DNA of 60,165 nucleotides. Source: Candidatus Margulisiibacteriota bacterium. Its GTDB lineage: Bacteria; Margulisbacteria; Marinamargulisbacteria; UBA817. Below are positions 17,525 through 29,660 of this stretch, in pieces. The notes beneath the pieces were generated by a model. It was not told the DNA's origin and searched no databases. It saw only the letters and a list, made by a program, of their open reading frames with translations. Where the stretch lies: NCBI GenBank assembly GCA_016779165.1, contig JADHOE010000003.1:1-60165 (forward strand), read 5' to 3'. Position numbers and translations under genes: made by a program. The number at the start of each line of letters is the position of its first letter. Position 1 is the first letter of the stretch.

Positions 17525-18220
17525 CTATGACAAAAAAAGAGATCTTACAAAGGGCATCGATCGGCATGATCGAATCACGCAATGCCACCAATCATGACGA
17601 TTAAATGCAAACGTCCCAATCGTGCTTGGCACCCCCATCTGGGCATGGCAAGGCCGATTGGGCAACGGCATGCAAAACATGTTCTTAACCCGATTAAAGC
17701 GCTTGATATACGCCCGTTCATTTTTAGTAAACTCTTTGGGATAATACATGATGAGCCCCTCACTTTGGCACTCTGTAATCACGTCATAAAACTCCGGCAA
17801 GGCATCCAGGTTCAATTGTTTGGCCATTAACACCACAGTTTTTTTGCATTTAAACCTACACAGCTGTTGTTTAAATTCGTCAAAATAATCCTCATTGCAT
17901 GCATCATTAAACAATTGTTTATGGGGGCCTGGGCACCACACAAACACTGCATCATCTGGAGTTAACCCTGTTGGATCAAGCCCACTAAATTTATGGTTAA
18001 CCCAAATGCGTGCGGCTGATTTTTTTAAATGTATTTGATCAAGAAGCGTTGGGATGCAAGTGTCGTTTGACGGGGCAATGATATTAATAATATTTGGCAA
18101 CGACTCAAGGTCTAGGTCTAAAAATTTGGTATTGTTTAATGTAGGGCACACCAAACAATGGGGGTCACATGCCATGCCAACCTTAATGGTATGTTGATAA
18201 AATCGGTTCAAATGAAACAC
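17525..18220 (-). CDS. Hypothetical protein with an N-terminal CX3CX2C (radical-SAM-like) motif
   Basis: ACDPHCLVC near the N-terminus; 231 aa; no other family motif recognised. Confidence 0.65.
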   Translation of the reverse strand: MFHLNRFYQHTIKVGMACDPHCLVCPTLNNTKFLDLDLESLPNIINIIAPSNDTCIPTLLDQIHLKKSAARIWVNHKFSGLDPTGLTPDDAVFVWCPGPHKQLFNDACNEDYFDEFKQQLCRFKCKKTVVLMAKQLNLDALPEFYDVITECQSEGLIMYYPKEFTKNERAYIKRFNRVKNMFCMPLPNRPCHAQMGVPSTIGTFAFNRHDWWHCVIRSCRSMPFVRSLFLS

Positions 18221-18362
18221 GTCTTATTCTACCTAGACTTTATTTTTACTTGCAACCATAATCAGGCCTGACCATGCCCAGAACCAAGGGACCCCAATTA
18301 TTACGGGGTTGGGGCTGGTGGAATGTGTAGAATTTTAAAGCGGCATCGTTTATACTATCACT

Positions 18363-20186
18363 ATGAAATTTTCATGGAACAACCGAACCCAGTGTGGGGA
18401 GTGTGGCGAAGATTATGTTAGTAAAACGGTTTGCGTTGCAGGTTGGGTTGATACCACCAGGGACCATGGCCAGCTGTTGTTCATTCACTTAAGGGATCGC
18501 TCAGGGACCTTGCAAGTTGTCTGTGATGAAAATCAAAATCAGGGGCTATACAAAGCATCTAAAAAGCTTCGTTCAGAATTTGTAATTAAGGTATCAGGCA
18601 CCATTCAAATGCGAACGCCTGCCACCATCAATCGTGCCATGAATTCTGGTACCATTGAGCTTATTGCGACTGACCTTGAGGTATTAAGTGACGCAAAAAC
18701 ACCCCCATTTATGGTTTCTGAAAAAGCGTCCGAAAAAATGGACCTTTCCGTTGATGAAGACCTACGGCTTACATACAGATACTTGGACATGCGTCGCCCT
18801 GAAATGCAGCGCAATATTATCGGCCGATCCACCATTATATCCGCATTAAGGCAGGCCCTTGACTCCGCGGGATTTCTTGATATCGAAACCCCGTTTCTAA
18901 CCAAAAGCACGCCTGAAGGTGCTCGTGATTATTTGGTTCCATCTCGAACCCATCCCAATAAGTGTTTTGCATTGCCTCAGTCTCCACAGTTATTTAAACA
19001 ACTGCTAATGATGAGTGGGTTTGAACGGTACTATCAGGTTGCGCGCTGTTTTAGGGACGAAGACCTTCGACCTAATCGCCAACCTGAGTTTACCCAATTG
19101 GATTTGGAAGCATCGTTTGTAAATGAAAGTGACATTATGCGCGTCACTGAAGCTGCGATTCAATCGGCATTTCAATCCATGGGCATAACCTTAGATGCGC
19201 CATTTGAATCATTACGTTATGACGATGCAATGAATCTTTATGGATCAGATGCACCCGATTTACGATACAACATGGCCTTTGGTGATGTAACCGACATTTT
19301 TAAGGCATGCGGCTATAACATCTTTAAATCGTTGGCAAACAAAGGGGGGCGAATCAAAGGATTTGCTATCCCGGGGCTAGCGAGTAGCATTAGCAAAAAT
19401 GTATTGCAAAACGATTTGGCCAGCAAAAGTATTCAAGCGTGTGGCGGTAAAGGGCTCACCTGGATTAAATGCTTGGATGGCAATCAATTTGAATCCAATG
19501 TGGCACAGTTTTTTAGCCAAGACGAATTAATCCAAGCCGCCCATGCGGTTCACGCCTCGCCTGGCGACATTATGGTGTTTGTTGCGGATCAGTCGTTGGA
19601 TGTTGTGAACACCGTACTGGGGCGTTTTCGTGTGATGATTGCCGAACGCTTTAACCTAATACCGGAGGGTATATTTCGCGCATGCTGGATCACAGATTTC
19701 CCATTATTTGAAATAAACAATGGTCAATTAACCAGCTTGCACCACCCTTTTACCCAAGCATCATCCCCACTGTCAGAGTCGATGGACACCACTGCCCTAC
19801 TGGCCTTAAAAGCACGCGCCTATGATGTGGTAATTAATGGGCAGGAAGTGGGCGGGGGAAGCATTAGAATCCATCACCCAAAGGAACAAGCCTTGGTATT
19901 TAAAGCATTAAACCTTACCGAAGATGAGATAAATCAAAAGTTTGGTTTTTTTGTAGAGGCCCTTTCATATGGCGCCCCACCCCATGGCGGGTTGGCGATT
20001 GGCATTGATCGACTGGCGTCCATTATCCTCAATACGCCATCCATTCGCGATGTCATTGCATTCCCAAAAAATCGCGTTGCGTATTGCCCACTGACCAATG
20101 CCCCAAGCGTTGTTGAACAATCCCAATTGGATGACTTAAACTTGGCGTATCAATCAACCCCTGAATCTGTAACAACCCCTGAATGA
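18363..20186 (+). CDS. aspS: Aspartate--tRNA ligase, probably the non-discriminating (Asp/Asn) type
   Basis: [59 protein letters not shown] and [14 protein letters not shown] motifs; His in RDHG is the residue associated with ND-AspRS. Confidence 0.97.
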   Translation: MKFSWNNRTQCGECGEDYVSKTVCVAGWVDTTRDHGQLLFIHLRDRSGTLQVVCDENQNQGLYKASKKLRSEFVIKVSGTIQMRTPATINRAMNSGTIELIATDLEVLSDAKTPPFMVSEKASEKMDLSVDEDLRLTYRYLDMRRPEMQRNIIGRSTIISALRQALDSAGFLDIETPFLTKSTPEGARDYLVPSRTHPNKCFALPQSPQLFKQLLMMSGFERYYQVARCFRDEDLRPNRQPEFTQLDLEASFVNESDIMRVTEAAIQSAFQSMGITLDAPFESLRYDDAMNLYGSDAPDLRYNMAFGDVTDIFKACGYNIFKSLANKGGRIKGFAIPGLASSISKNVLQNDLASKSIQACGGKGLTWIKCLDGNQFESNVAQFFSQDELIQAAHAVHASPGDIMVFVADQSLDVVNTVLGRFRVMIAERFNLIPEGIFRACWITDFPLFEINNGQLTSLHHPFTQASSPLSESMDTTALLALKARAYDVVINGQEVGGGSIRIHHPKEQALVFKALNLTEDEINQKFGFFVEALSYGAPPHGGLAIGIDRLASIILNTPSIRDVIAFPKNRVAYCPLTNAPSVVEQSQLDDLNLAYQSTPESVTTPE

Positions 20187-21958
20187 GACACCGTGCACTG
20201 ATTTCATTTTCATGGGCCCTTCGCCCATATCGGGCATCGTTTATCATTGGCATTACCAGCAGTATTTGCAACAAAGTATTGGACCTAATGCCCCCATTAC
20301 TGGTGGCATGGGTCATTGACACAGTACAGGGTGCACCCCCACATTGGATTTCAACCCTATTCCCCACGCAGTCACCTTGGGGAATGGCCATATTTTTATC
20401 GGCTTTAGGGGCCCTTATTTTTTGTTTTGAAAGCATTACGCAATGGGTTTACCAGCGCCAATTTCAAATCACAGCACAACACGTTCAGCATGACATTCGT
20501 TGCCACACCTACAAACACTTGCAAACCCAAGACATGTCTTTCTTTGAAAACATGCGCTTGGGCCAATTGATCGCCATTGTGAACGATGACATTAATCAAC
20601 TTGAACGCTTTTTAAACACCATATTTAATGAGCTAATGCAATTGGTGGTATTGTGTGCCTTTGCATTGTTGGTGATGGGAAACACGTGCTGGCAATTGGC
20701 ATTGTTTTCGTTGGTACCCATACCATTTGTGGTAATGGGCAGCTTGTTTTATCAGCGCTTTATATCGCCGTATTACCAATTAACTCGAGAAGCCGTTGGT
20801 GAACTGGTCGCACGACTTGAAAACAACTGCTCTGGCATTGCTGTTATAAAAAGCTTTACGGCGGAAACATTTGAACTTGCCAGAGTTGCCCATGCATCGG
20901 CAAGCTACAAAACAGCAAAAATAGCTGCAATTCATATCAGCTCGTTGTACGTGCCAATCATTCGTGTGGTGATTGCCTTTGGTTTTTCAGGGGTTTTGCT
21001 CTTGGGAAGCTACTGGGTACTCACCGATGCTGGCATTATTACCATTGGGGAGCTGGTGTTGTTTTCCATGATGATTCAGCGGCTGTTGTGGCCCCTGACA
21101 CGCCTTGGTGACGTATTTGATGAGGTTGAAAAAGCCAATGTAAGTGCCATGCGAATTCAAGCACTACTCAACCAAGAACCATTGGTGTTAAACCCATCGT
21201 CCCCAAAAGCAATATCAACATCATCTGTTGGCATTGAATTTAAGGATGTGAACTTTTCGTACGATAACCAATGCCCAGTTCTAAATAACATTAGCTTTAC
21301 CATCAATGCCGGACAAACCATTGGCATTGCTGGGTACACAGGGTCTGGGAAATCTACCATTATTAAATGTTTGCTTCGCTTATACGATATTCAATCCGGT
21401 AACATTACCCTTAACAACGAGCCCATCAATGCCATTGATATCCAAACCTTACGCCAATCCATGGCATTGGTTAGCCAAGATATATACCTATTTCATGGCA
21501 GTATTAAAGAAAACATTGCCTATGCTCAAGAGAACAATGTCAGTAAAGACGATATCATTAATGCGGCAAAAATGGCCCAACTTCATGATTTTATTGAATC
21601 GCTGCCAAAGGGCTACGATAGTTTTATTGGTGAAAAAGGGATTAAATTATCAGGTGGGCAGCGCCAAAGGCTCAGCATTGCTCGGGCAATTTTAAAAAAT
21701 GCACCTGTGATGATTTTTGATGAAGCAACAAGTGCAGTGGATACAGAAACAGAACGGGCCATAAAACAACATTTGGCAACACTAACCAAAGAAAAAACAG
21801 CATTAATTATTGCCCACCGGTTATCTACCATTCAACATGCGGATCAAATATTGGTAATCAATAAAGGTAAAATTACTGAAAGTGGCACCCATGACACGTT
21901 AATGGCTGCGCGTGGGGACTACCATGATTTGTGGACGATTCAATCAGGGCCCAGCTAA
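20183..21958 (+). CDS. ABC transporter, fused permease / ATP-binding protein (exporter type)
   Basis: TM domain plus Walker [28 protein letters not shown] and IIAHRLST. Confidence 0.95.
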   Translation: MRHRALISFSWALRPYRASFIIGITSSICNKVLDLMPPLLVAWVIDTVQGAPPHWISTLFPTQSPWGMAIFLSALGALIFCFESITQWVYQRQFQITAQHVQHDIRCHTYKHLQTQDMSFFENMRLGQLIAIVNDDINQLERFLNTIFNELMQLVVLCAFALLVMGNTCWQLALFSLVPIPFVVMGSLFYQRFISPYYQLTREAVGELVARLENNCSGIAVIKSFTAETFELARVAHASASYKTAKIAAIHISSLYVPIIRVVIAFGFSGVLLLGSYWVLTDAGIITIGELVLFSMMIQRLLWPLTRLGDVFDEVEKANVSAMRIQALLNQEPLVLNPSSPKAISTSSVGIEFKDVNFSYDNQCPVLNNISFTINAGQTIGIAGYTGSGKSTIIKCLLRLYDIQSGNITLNNEPINAIDIQTLRQSMALVSQDIYLFHGSIKENIAYAQENNVSKDDIINAAKMAQLHDFIESLPKGYDSFIGEKGIKLSGGQRQRLSIARAILKNAPVMIFDEATSAVDTETERAIKQHLATLTKEKTALIIAHRLSTIQHADQILVINKGKITESGTHDTLMAARGDYHDLWTIQSGPS

Positions 21959-23610
21959 GGCGATACGCCATTCCAAAATGGGCCACGGTATTCAGGCCAT
22001 GGCAGTGAGTGTGGAACACGGGCTTTTTTTTCTGTGCTGTAGCGTGTTATAAAGTGATAACTGGGTACAATAATATCCAAATGCCCATCGGAATCAATGT
22101 CTGAAATTGCTGGGGTGGCAAAGCTGCCCGATGGCAATGGTTCAGAAAAAATTTGGTCAAATGCATTGTTTAAAACAATAAGACGTGGTTCGTGATTGGT
22201 GCAGGTAACCAAAACAATGTCATCATGCGTATCATCATCAATATCTGCAATTAATGGAGACGATGCCCCATGGCAATACCCAATTTTTTTACGAAAAATA
22301 ATATCGCCATTTCGTCCATCAAATACAAACAACGAAGACGAATCATAATTTGGAAAAACCCCAAAAGAAAACACGCTTACAATATCGGAATATGATTTAT
22401 CCTTGTTTTTAATAATGGCGACAGATGAGTATGTTTCATACTCAGGCCCGACTGTTGCTGCCCAAACCACAGCACCCGTGGCTGCATCAATTTTATAGAC
22501 TTCACCATCCATGGTAGCTGCGACGACTGCTTGCCGTCCGTTTTCCGCATACAATAACGGAGACGATAATACGCCCTTTTTTTTGGTTGGAATTGACCAA
22601 TGAATCGCACCATCGTCTAGATTTTGAGAATGAAGAAACCCATTGTGCCGCTCGCCGCCAGACCCATAAATCAATAGCCGCTGGCCATTGATTGTTGTAA
22701 AAATTGGGGAGCTCCAACTTTCCCTATCTTTAGGAACCGCATAATTAGCTAAAACCTTGCCTGAACGAGATGACACAACAAACAGTCGCCCGCCAGGCCC
22801 CTCTTGATCTAAAAACAGTTCTTTTTGAATTTCGTTAAATGAATAATATTTAATCATATCTCGATGCAATGTCTTAATTTCACACTCAATGTGATTACAG
22901 ACCCGAAATGTAAACGATGCAGCATCATTGTGTTTAACCAAACCCATTAGCACTTTCTCAATCTGATTTTTATCGTTTGATTCAACCAGCAACGCATTGG
23001 TTTCTGGGTCATACATTTTGAAAGTGGATGCCTGATTGGCCAACCCACCTTGAACTACTGCAAAATCAGCAACCCCATCATTATCAAGGTCAGGTAGAAT
23101 TGATGGCGAGTTAAAGTTGCAAGGCAGCAAGTCAATATCAGGATTTTGTTTTGATAATTGCCATAAAATATCACCATTGGCACCATTCAACATTAATACG
23201 TCTGAAAATCGACCAGACGCTGTTGCATCCAATATTCCATCCCCATTTACATCCACTAAAATAGGAGTGGCATATGCAGCTTCAGGAACAATTGATCGCC
23301 ATAGTCTATCGCCAGTTTTACCATCAATAGCCATTAATGATGAGTCTCCCGATTCACTCCACTCAAACCCTGCCCCTAGTATAATATCAACAACGCCATC
23401 GTTATTAATGTCTGTTAATCGAGGTGATCCCACGCCAACTTCAGACGCTTGAACTTGCCAGGTCTTTTTTAATAAACGGGCGGTTTTTTTTGGAGCACTC
23501 AGATATATCCCAACCAAAGAAAGCAGTATAATAATCGCAAGAATAACGTTACGATTAATACCATCAAAAAAAGAGGATTTATCGGCTAAGTTTTTGTTTA
23601 GTATACTCAC
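21955..23610 (-). CDS. Membrane-anchored FG-GAP / PQQ-like beta-propeller protein
   Basis: One N-terminal TM segment; repeated DxNxDG motifs ([45 protein letters not shown]); AIDGKTG..LW repeats. Confidence 0.85.
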   Translation of the reverse strand: MSILNKNLADKSSFFDGINRNVILAIIILLSLVGIYLSAPKKTARLLKKTWQVQASEVGVGSPRLTDINNDGVVDIILGAGFEWSESGDSSLMAIDGKTGDRLWRSIVPEAAYATPILVDVNGDGILDATASGRFSDVLMLNGANGDILWQLSKQNPDIDLLPCNFNSPSILPDLDNDGVADFAVVQGGLANQASTFKMYDPETNALLVESNDKNQIEKVLMGLVKHNDAASFTFRVCNHIECEIKTLHRDMIKYYSFNEIQKELFLDQEGPGGRLFVVSSRSGKVLANYAVPKDRESWSSPIFTTINGQRLLIYGSGGERHNGFLHSQNLDDGAIHWSIPTKKKGVLSSPLLYAENGRQAVVAATMDGEVYKIDAATGAVVWAATVGPEYETYSSVAIIKNKDKSYSDIVSVFSFGVFPNYDSSSLFVFDGRNGDIIFRKKIGYCHGASSPLIADIDDDTHDDIVLVTCTNHEPRLIVLNNAFDQIFSEPLPSGSFATPAISDIDSDGHLDIIVPSYHFITRYSTEKKARVPHSLPWPEYRGPFWNGVSP

Positions 23611-24331
23611 GGTTCATGCGTGCAATGTTTTCAACCTTTATTTGTTTTGGGCAAGCAGCTTCGCATTGGTACGCATTGGAACACCCGCCAAAGCCTTCAG
23701 CATCCATTTGATCAACCATGTTCAGCACACGCTTTCTTTCTGTACTTCCCTGTGGCAATAATGCCAGGTGAGATACCTTTGCAGCGACAAACAACGATGC
23801 CGATGCATTTGGGCATGCTGCAACACAGGCAGAACAGCCAATGCACGCAGCAGCATCGAATGCTGAATCTGAATTTGTTTTTTTAATGGGCGTATCGTTT
23901 GCTTCGGGAGCGCTGCCTGTTTTAACAGAAATGTAACCGCCCTTTGCAATAATTCGATCAAAGGCCGTTCGGTCAATCACTAAATCTTGAATGATTGGAA
24001 GTGACTTTGCTCGAAAGGGCTCAATAACAATGGTGTCGCCATCTGAAAAAGACCGCATATGAAGTTGGCAAAGGGTAACCGCAGATACTGGGCCATGGGC
24101 AACCCCATTGACCATTGCACCACAAGACCCACAGATGCCTTCCCTACAGTCATGATCAAAGGCAATGGGCATTTGATTGTTCAAGGTTAAGGTATCATTA
24201 ACAACATCCAACATTTCTAAAAATGACATATTAACGTTAATGTCTTTGGCTTTATAAATTTCAAAGTGGCCCGCGTCATCAGCACTTCGTTGACGCCATA
24301 CTTTTAAGGTTAATGTAATTGTATCTGACAT
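23579..24331 (-). CDS. sdhB: Succinate dehydrogenase / fumarate reductase iron-sulfur subunit
   Basis: [20 protein letters not shown] and [12 protein letters not shown] Fe-S motifs. Confidence 0.96.
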   Translation of the reverse strand: MSDTITLTLKVWRQRSADDAGHFEIYKAKDINVNMSFLEMLDVVNDTLTLNNQMPIAFDHDCREGICGSCGAMVNGVAHGPVSAVTLCQLHMRSFSDGDTIVIEPFRAKSLPIIQDLVIDRTAFDRIIAKGGYISVKTGSAPEANDTPIKKTNSDSAFDAAACIGCSACVAACPNASASLFVAAKVSHLALLPQGSTERKRVLNMVDQMDAEGFGGCSNAYQCEAACPKQIKVENIARMNREYTKQKLSR

Positions 24332-26238
24332 TATTTGTAACTCCTTTGCGATAATGGAACATCCTTAAAGGTTAAATCTTCTGTATTCAGCTTTGGCTTT
24401 TTGCCTTCGTTATACTCCCATGCGGATACAAAACAAAAATCTTCATCATTTCGAAGCGCTTCACCCTCTTTGGTTTGATGTTCTGTTCTAAAGTGACCAC
24501 CACACGATTCTTCACGGTGCAATGCATCAAAACACATCAATTCACCGAACTCCAGGAAGTCAGCGACACGAAGCGCTTTTTCTAGGGTTTGATTGAAGGC
24601 AGCGTCACCAGGAATGCTTACATTGTCCCAAAATTCAGCACGAATATCAGGAATGCGTTTGAGCGCTTCTTCCAACCCCTTCTTGTCTCTGGCCATGCCA
24701 CATTTATCCCATACTAATAAGCCAAGCTCACGATGATAATGGTCCACCGTCTTGGAGCCCTTAATGCCAACCAAGGTGTCAATTTTTTGCTGAATGGCCT
24801 GTAAAGATTCCTCAAACTCTGGCGCATCGGTTGTCACTTTTTCTAAAGAATTTGAGCCAAAATAATGACCAATGGTATTGGGTATTACAAAATACCCATC
24901 AGACAACCCCTGCATTAAGGCCGATGCACCAAGTCTGTTCGCACCATGATCGGAAAAGTTGGCTTCACCCAACACATGCAACCCAGGAATACTACTTTGA
25001 AGGTTGTAATCGACCCATAAGCCTCCCATGGTATAATGCACGGCAGGGTAAATCATCATTGGCGATTCGTAAGGGTTTGTGCCTGTAATTTGTTGGTACA
25101 TATCAAATAAATTTCCATACCTGGCTTCAATGGTTTCACGACCCAGTTGGTTAATTGCGTCAGCAAAATCCAGGTAAACCGCTAATCCACCGTTAATGCC
25201 TTTTCCCATGTCTGTTTGCTCTTTTGCGTTTCTAGATGCCAAATCTCTTGGAACCAAATTGCCAAAACTTGGGTATTTACGTTCCAAATAGTAATCGCGC
25301 TTATCCTCTGGTATCTGATCCGGTGAGCGATGATCCCCAACATCTTTGGGCACCCATACCCGGCCATCGTTCCGAAGACTCTCGCTCATTAATGTCAGCT
25401 TTGATTGATAGTCGCCCTTTACAGGAATGCACGTTGGGTGAATTTGTGTATAACAAGGGTTAGCAAAATAGGCGCCCTTCTTGTGGGCTTTCCAAGTGGC
25501 CGTTACATTGCATGCCATGGCATTGGTTGACAGATAGAACACGTTGCCATAGCCGCCGGTTGCCAAAATAACCGCATCCGCAGCATGTTTTTCAAGCTGA
25601 CCGGTTAAAAGGTTTCGGACAATGATTCCTCGTGCTTTGCCATTAACAATAACAACGTCCATCATCTCACACCGGGTGTGAAGGGTGACTCGTTTTCGCT
25701 CAACTTCTTTCATCATGGCCTGATACGCGCCCAATAATAATTGCTGACCGGTTTGGCCTTTAGCATAAAATGTTCGCGATACCTGTGCGCCGCCAAATGA
25801 ACGGTTGTCCAATAATCCAGCATATTCTCTGGCAAATGGAACACCTTGAGCCACACAGTGGTCAATAATTTTTACTGAATTCTCTGCCAAACGGTGCACA
25901 TTTGACTCACGTGCTCTAAAGTCGCCACCCTTTACGGTATCGTAAAACAACCGCTGAACACTATCACCATCGTTGCAGTAGTTTTTGGCAGCATTAATGC
26001 CACCTTGTGCTGCAATGCTGTGTGCACGTCGACCCGATTCATGGTAAGTAAATGTATGAACGTTATACCCTAGCTCAGCCAAACTTGCAGATGCAGATGC
26101 ACCAGCCAAACCAGTACCCACCACAATAATTTTTAGTTTCTTTTTGTTGGATGGGTTGACCAACTTCATGTCGAACATATGCTTTTGCCATTTTTCATCA
26201 ACTGGGCCTGATGGTTCGTGAGAGTTTAATTTTGCCAT
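24331..26238 (-). CDS. sdhA: Succinate dehydrogenase / fumarate reductase flavoprotein subunit
   Basis: [46 protein letters not shown] and [10 protein letters not shown] motifs. Confidence 0.97.
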   Translation of the reverse strand: MAKLNSHEPSGPVDEKWQKHMFDMKLVNPSNKKKLKIIVVGTGLAGASASASLAELGYNVHTFTYHESGRRAHSIAAQGGINAAKNYCNDGDSVQRLFYDTVKGGDFRARESNVHRLAENSVKIIDHCVAQGVPFAREYAGLLDNRSFGGAQVSRTFYAKGQTGQQLLLGAYQAMMKEVERKRVTLHTRCEMMDVVIVNGKARGIIVRNLLTGQLEKHAADAVILATGGYGNVFYLSTNAMACNVTATWKAHKKGAYFANPCYTQIHPTCIPVKGDYQSKLTLMSESLRNDGRVWVPKDVGDHRSPDQIPEDKRDYYLERKYPSFGNLVPRDLASRNAKEQTDMGKGINGGLAVYLDFADAINQLGRETIEARYGNLFDMYQQITGTNPYESPMMIYPAVHYTMGGLWVDYNLQSSIPGLHVLGEANFSDHGANRLGASALMQGLSDGYFVIPNTIGHYFGSNSLEKVTTDAPEFEESLQAIQQKIDTLVGIKGSKTVDHYHRELGLLVWDKCGMARDKKGLEEALKRIPDIRAEFWDNVSIPGDAAFNQTLEKALRVADFLEFGELMCFDALHREESCGGHFRTEHQTKEGEALRNDEDFCFVSAWEYNEGKKPKLNTEDLTFKDVPLSQRSYK

Positions 26239-26247
26239 GGTTTCCTC

Positions 26248-26892
26248 CTAAAAGTTAAATAAAATGTACACTGGAATGGAACTAAACCCTAAGGTTATTG
26301 CAATGCCCAAAAGCTGACTGGCCATTGTAATTTGATGTTGATTGCGTTCAGACATGATACCGAGGGTTTGAAACACACTTTGGAACGCATGAAACATGTG
26401 GAGGCCAACGCAAATCATGGCAATAATGTAAAACGCTGCGTGAATGGGGTTCCCAAGCACATTGACAACCAAGCCAAACAACCCGTAATCAATGCCCTCT
26501 ATAACGCCAACTTTTTCTGCCAATGTAAAGTCAAGCAAATGAAAGATGATGTAAATAAAAATAATGGTCCCTGTTAATGGCATTAATTGTGTGGCCAACG
26601 AACTTGAGGAACGGTGATTTTTATATTTATAATAACGAGCATTTCTCGCTTTTTTATTGGCAATGACCAATTGAATGGTAAAAAAAATGTGCAATAAAAA
26701 CGAACCTAAAATACCAATCCTCATTACCCACAACAGGCCACCTAAATCATGAAGAAACTTCGCATACGCATTGAATGCTTCTGGGCCTTTGAAAATTAAA
26801 AAATTGCCGGACAAGTGGGCCAATACAAACCCCACCATCGCTAGGCCGGTGATTCCCACAATTTGTTTTTTTTGAATGGTGGATATTTTCAT
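26248..26892 (-). CDS. sdhC: Succinate dehydrogenase cytochrome b558 subunit
   Basis: Five TM segments with heme-ligand His residues (FVLAHL, FLLH, IIFHL, GLHMFH); immediately upstream of sdhA. Confidence 0.93.
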   Translation of the reverse strand: MKISTIQKKQIVGITGLAMVGFVLAHLSGNFLIFKGPEAFNAYAKFLHDLGGLLWVMRIGILGSFLLHIFFTIQLVIANKKARNARYYKYKNHRSSSSLATQLMPLTGTIIFIYIIFHLLDFTLAEKVGVIEGIDYGLFGLVVNVLGNPIHAAFYIIAMICVGLHMFHAFQSVFQTLGIMSERNQHQITMASQLLGIAITLGFSSIPVYILFNF

Positions 26893-26904
26893 ATGATTAA
26901 TCTC

Positions 26905-27840
26905 CTATACTGTTGCTAGAATTTTATCACACAACGCTTTAACACCGTTAGCCGATTCATTTAATGCGCGCTGACTTTCATCTCTCAATTCAATTTCAAC
27001 GATTTTTTGGACCCCATGTTTGTTAAGAATAACTGGCACACCACAATAAACATCCTGAAGCCCATATTCTCCATTCATGTAAGCACAAGCGGGAATAAGA
27101 CGATTGGAATCCAACAATATCGCCTCGGCCATGGCAACAGCCGATGCTGACGGGGCGTAGTAAGCAGACCCAGTTTTTAAGTATTTAACAATTTCAGCAC
27201 CACCATGCTTGGTGCGCTCGTTAATTTTTTCAATGGTTTGGGCATCTAAAACTTGCTCAATGGGAATACCATTAACCGTTGAATATTCTGGTACAGGTAC
27301 CATAGAATCACCATGCCCACCCAAGACCATGGCGCGAACGTCTTTAATGGAGCACTTGGCCTCTTCTGCAATGAAGCATGCATAACGACTAGAATCCAAC
27401 ACACCGGCCATGCCAACAACACGCTCCGATGGCAATCCGGATTTTTTCCATGCCAAAAATGTCATGGCGTCTAGTGGGTTTGATACAATCACGTAAATGG
27501 CATTGGGTGATAATGCAACAGTTTGCTCAACAACACTGCTCACAATTTTAGCGTTGGTGGCCACCAAATCATCACGGCTCATTCCAGGTTTTCTGGCAAT
27601 GCCAGCAGTGACGATAATCACATCAGAATTATGGGTTTGATCGTAATTATCAGAGCCAATAATTTGGGTATCAAATCCTTCTGTCGCAGCGGATTGCATC
27701 ATATCTAAAGCCTTCCCTTGAGCAAGCCCTTCAACAATGTCCACCAACACCACATCTGCCAATTGTTTTTCTACAATGCGCTGAGCAGCAGTTGCACCCA
27801 CGTGCCCTGCACCAACAACGGTTACTTTTTGTCGTGCCAT
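26905..27840 (-). CDS. mdh: Malate dehydrogenase (LDH-like type)
   Basis: VVGAGHVG, TAGIARKPGMSRDDL, VSNPLDAM, GMAGVLDSSR, LGGHGD and GSAYYAP motifs; start ATG 27840. Confidence 0.96.
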   Translation of the reverse strand: MARQKVTVVGAGHVGATAAQRIVEKQLADVVLVDIVEGLAQGKALDMMQSAATEGFDTQIIGSDNYDQTHNSDVIIVTAGIARKPGMSRDDLVATNAKIVSSVVEQTVALSPNAIYVIVSNPLDAMTFLAWKKSGLPSERVVGMAGVLDSSRYACFIAEEAKCSIKDVRAMVLGGHGDSMVPVPEYSTVNGIPIEQVLDAQTIEKINERTKHGGAEIVKYLKTGSAYYAPSASAVAMAEAILLDSNRLIPACAYMNGEYGLQDVYCGVPVILNKHGVQKIVEIELRDESQRALNESANGVKALCDKILATV

Positions 27841-27958
27841 ATCGAATCTCCTTAAAATTAAATGTATGTACACGTATAGTATCTAAAAACCATGGGTTCT
27901 GCAATTAAGGCAACCAATGGGGTGGCTTTTTCTATGGTTTTTTGATTATGATGTTTAT

Positions 27959-28549
27959 ATGGCTATTTTAATTTTATTTGCCTTGCTTTTTTCAGGCCCA
28001 GCATTGGGGCATTCAGGCGACTTTGAGAATGTTGAGCGGGCAATTTCAGGGTTTGGATTCGTGCAGGGGCTATTGCATCCAATTCAAGGGATGGACCATT
28101 TGTTGGCCATGCTCTGCGTGGGGTTGATCAGTTCCAAAATTGGCAAACGTGCCATTTGGCAGGTGCCGGCATGCTTTGTTGTGGTAATGGCCATTGGTTG
28201 TGTTTTTGGTTTTTTTGGTAGTGCCAGCGCATTCATTGAACCCATGATTGCTGCCTCTGTTATTGTTTTTGGGTTGTTGTTGGTGCTGCCATTTCAAATG
28301 AAATTCTGGCTGACATTGCTAACCGTGGGGCTTTTTGCAGCTGTTCATGGTTATGCACACGGCAAAGAAATGCCATTATTTGTGCTACCTGAAGTTTATA
28401 TCATTGGATTCATGACGGCCACCACAGTGGTTCATGTCGTAGGCGTTGGTATTGGAGAGGTAACCAATCGACTTCGGTTTTCAGCCACTCTATACCGAAT
28501 CACAGGGATTGCGCTTGTGATTTCTGGCATTTACTTTATAGTCGCTTAA
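27959..28549 (+). CDS. HupE/UreJ family metal (Ni/Co) permease-like protein
   Basis: ALGHSG, GLLHPIQGMDHLLAM, EPMIAASV and FAAVHGYAHG.E motifs. Confidence 0.92.
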   Translation: MAILILFALLFSGPALGHSGDFENVERAISGFGFVQGLLHPIQGMDHLLAMLCVGLISSKIGKRAIWQVPACFVVVMAIGCVFGFFGSASAFIEPMIAASVIVFGLLLVLPFQMKFWLTLLTVGLFAAVHGYAHGKEMPLFVLPEVYIIGFMTATTVVHVVGVGIGEVTNRLRFSATLYRITGIALVISGIYFIVA

Positions 28550-28881
28550 AGCAGCGTTAACACCTGTTCTGGTGGGCGCCCGATGACGGCACGATCATCT
28601 GTAACCGCAATGGGGCGTTGCAGTAATATTGGGTGGCGTTCAATGATATCGGCCCACTCTTCAATTGAAAATTCATCGGTTCCAAGCGCTTTATATTCAG
28701 GCTCATTTTTTCGAACAAATTCGCTCGGGTGCAACCCTAGTTTTTTGGTTAATTCCACAACTTCATCAGCATCGATGCCATCGGTTAAATAGAGCCTCAC
28801 GTCCACAAACACTTCCCGTTGTTGCAATAACAACAATGCGGTTCGACTCTTACTGCAACGAGGATTATGGTAAAGTTTCAT
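28546..28881 (-). CDS. arsC: ArsC-family (glutaredoxin-dependent arsenate reductase-like) protein
   Basis: YHNPRCSKSR and HPILLQRPI...AVIGRPPE motifs. Confidence 0.88.
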   Translation of the reverse strand: MKLYHNPRCSKSRTALLLLQQREVFVDVRLYLTDGIDADEVVELTKKLGLHPSEFVRKNEPEYKALGTDEFSIEEWADIIERHPILLQRPIAVTDDRAVIGRPPEQVLTLL

Positions 28882-28980
28882 ACCTTAATATTACCCTTAT
28901 TTTTAAACAGATAAAACGATGCATTGTAACCGTGGTCGTATTTTAGATAAACTTAAACTATCAATATATTGGAGGATACA

Positions 28981-29412
28981 ATGTCACATCACGCAAGCGC
29001 TGTCTGGAAGGGCACATTAAAAGCAGGGGCTGGGAACCTGACCTTACCAAAAGCCAACATTCAAACATCATATGATTTTCAATCACGATTTGAAACTGGA
29101 ACCACCACCACCCCTGAAGAATTACTGGCGGGGGCCATATCCAGCTGTTTTTCCATGTACTTAAGTGCCTTATTTAGCAATGAAAACCTTGAAAATACCC
29201 AAGTGAAGACCGTGGCCAAGGTTAGCTTGGATGCCAGCCAAAAGCCGCCAAAAATCACAGCCATTGATTTAGCTGTCGAGGCCCATGCACCAACACTATC
29301 CAACGACCGGTTTAATGAACTGGTTCAACAAACCGAATCAGAATGCCCCGTTGCGAATTTGTTTACTGGCGCGACAGTGACCACTTCATCTGCCATTCTA
29401 ACTGCCGTTTAA
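28981..29412 (+). CDS. osmC: OsmC family peroxiredoxin
   Basis: W.GTLKAGAG, SRFE...TTPEELLAGAISSCFSM and ECPV motifs; SD GGAGG; start ATG 28981 (or TTG 28969). Confidence 0.92.
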   Translation: MSHHASAVWKGTLKAGAGNLTLPKANIQTSYDFQSRFETGTTTTPEELLAGAISSCFSMYLSALFSNENLENTQVKTVAKVSLDASQKPPKITAIDLAVEAHAPTLSNDRFNELVQQTESECPVANLFTGATVTTSSAILTAV

Positions 29413-29424
29413 TTTTAAGTTTTG

Positions 29425-29660
29425 GGGGGAATGTTCACCAGGTGGGGCCTTAAGGCCCACCAACCTAGTGGGGAGCACGCATCAGCGAGTTATTTACTTA
29501 TCTTCATCACCCGTTCGTGTGGGTTTTGGATGGGGTGTGATTCCTAATAAACTATTTCAAACGCCACCATTCAAATGGTTACGCTTTACCCAATGAGTGG
29601 ATTCAAATGCACCGTTTTTGTACCCCGGATGGAGATTCGCGATTTAGATTATGATGAGCA
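29425..29660. ncRNA. Candidate structured non-coding RNA between convergent osmC and rhodanese genes; family not identified
   Basis: Hairpin GGTGGGGCC-TTAA-GGCCCACC (29441-29461). Nested long-range pairings: 29480-84 with 29652-56, 29485-88 with 29637-40, 29500-08 with 29628-36, 29532-38 with 29620-26 (G-U pairs favour the plus strand). Confidence 0.35.

Noticed and set aside
29438-29480. Resemblance to a ZTP (pfl) riboswitch (GGTGGG...CCACC...GGGGAGC)
   Set aside because: It lacks the GACUGGCG and CGCCUGGG pseudoknot elements and is not upstream of any gene.
29431-29547. 38-codon ORF inside the structured gap
   Set aside because: The G-run SD abuts the ATG, the composition is not protein-like, and the RNA structure explains the sequence better.
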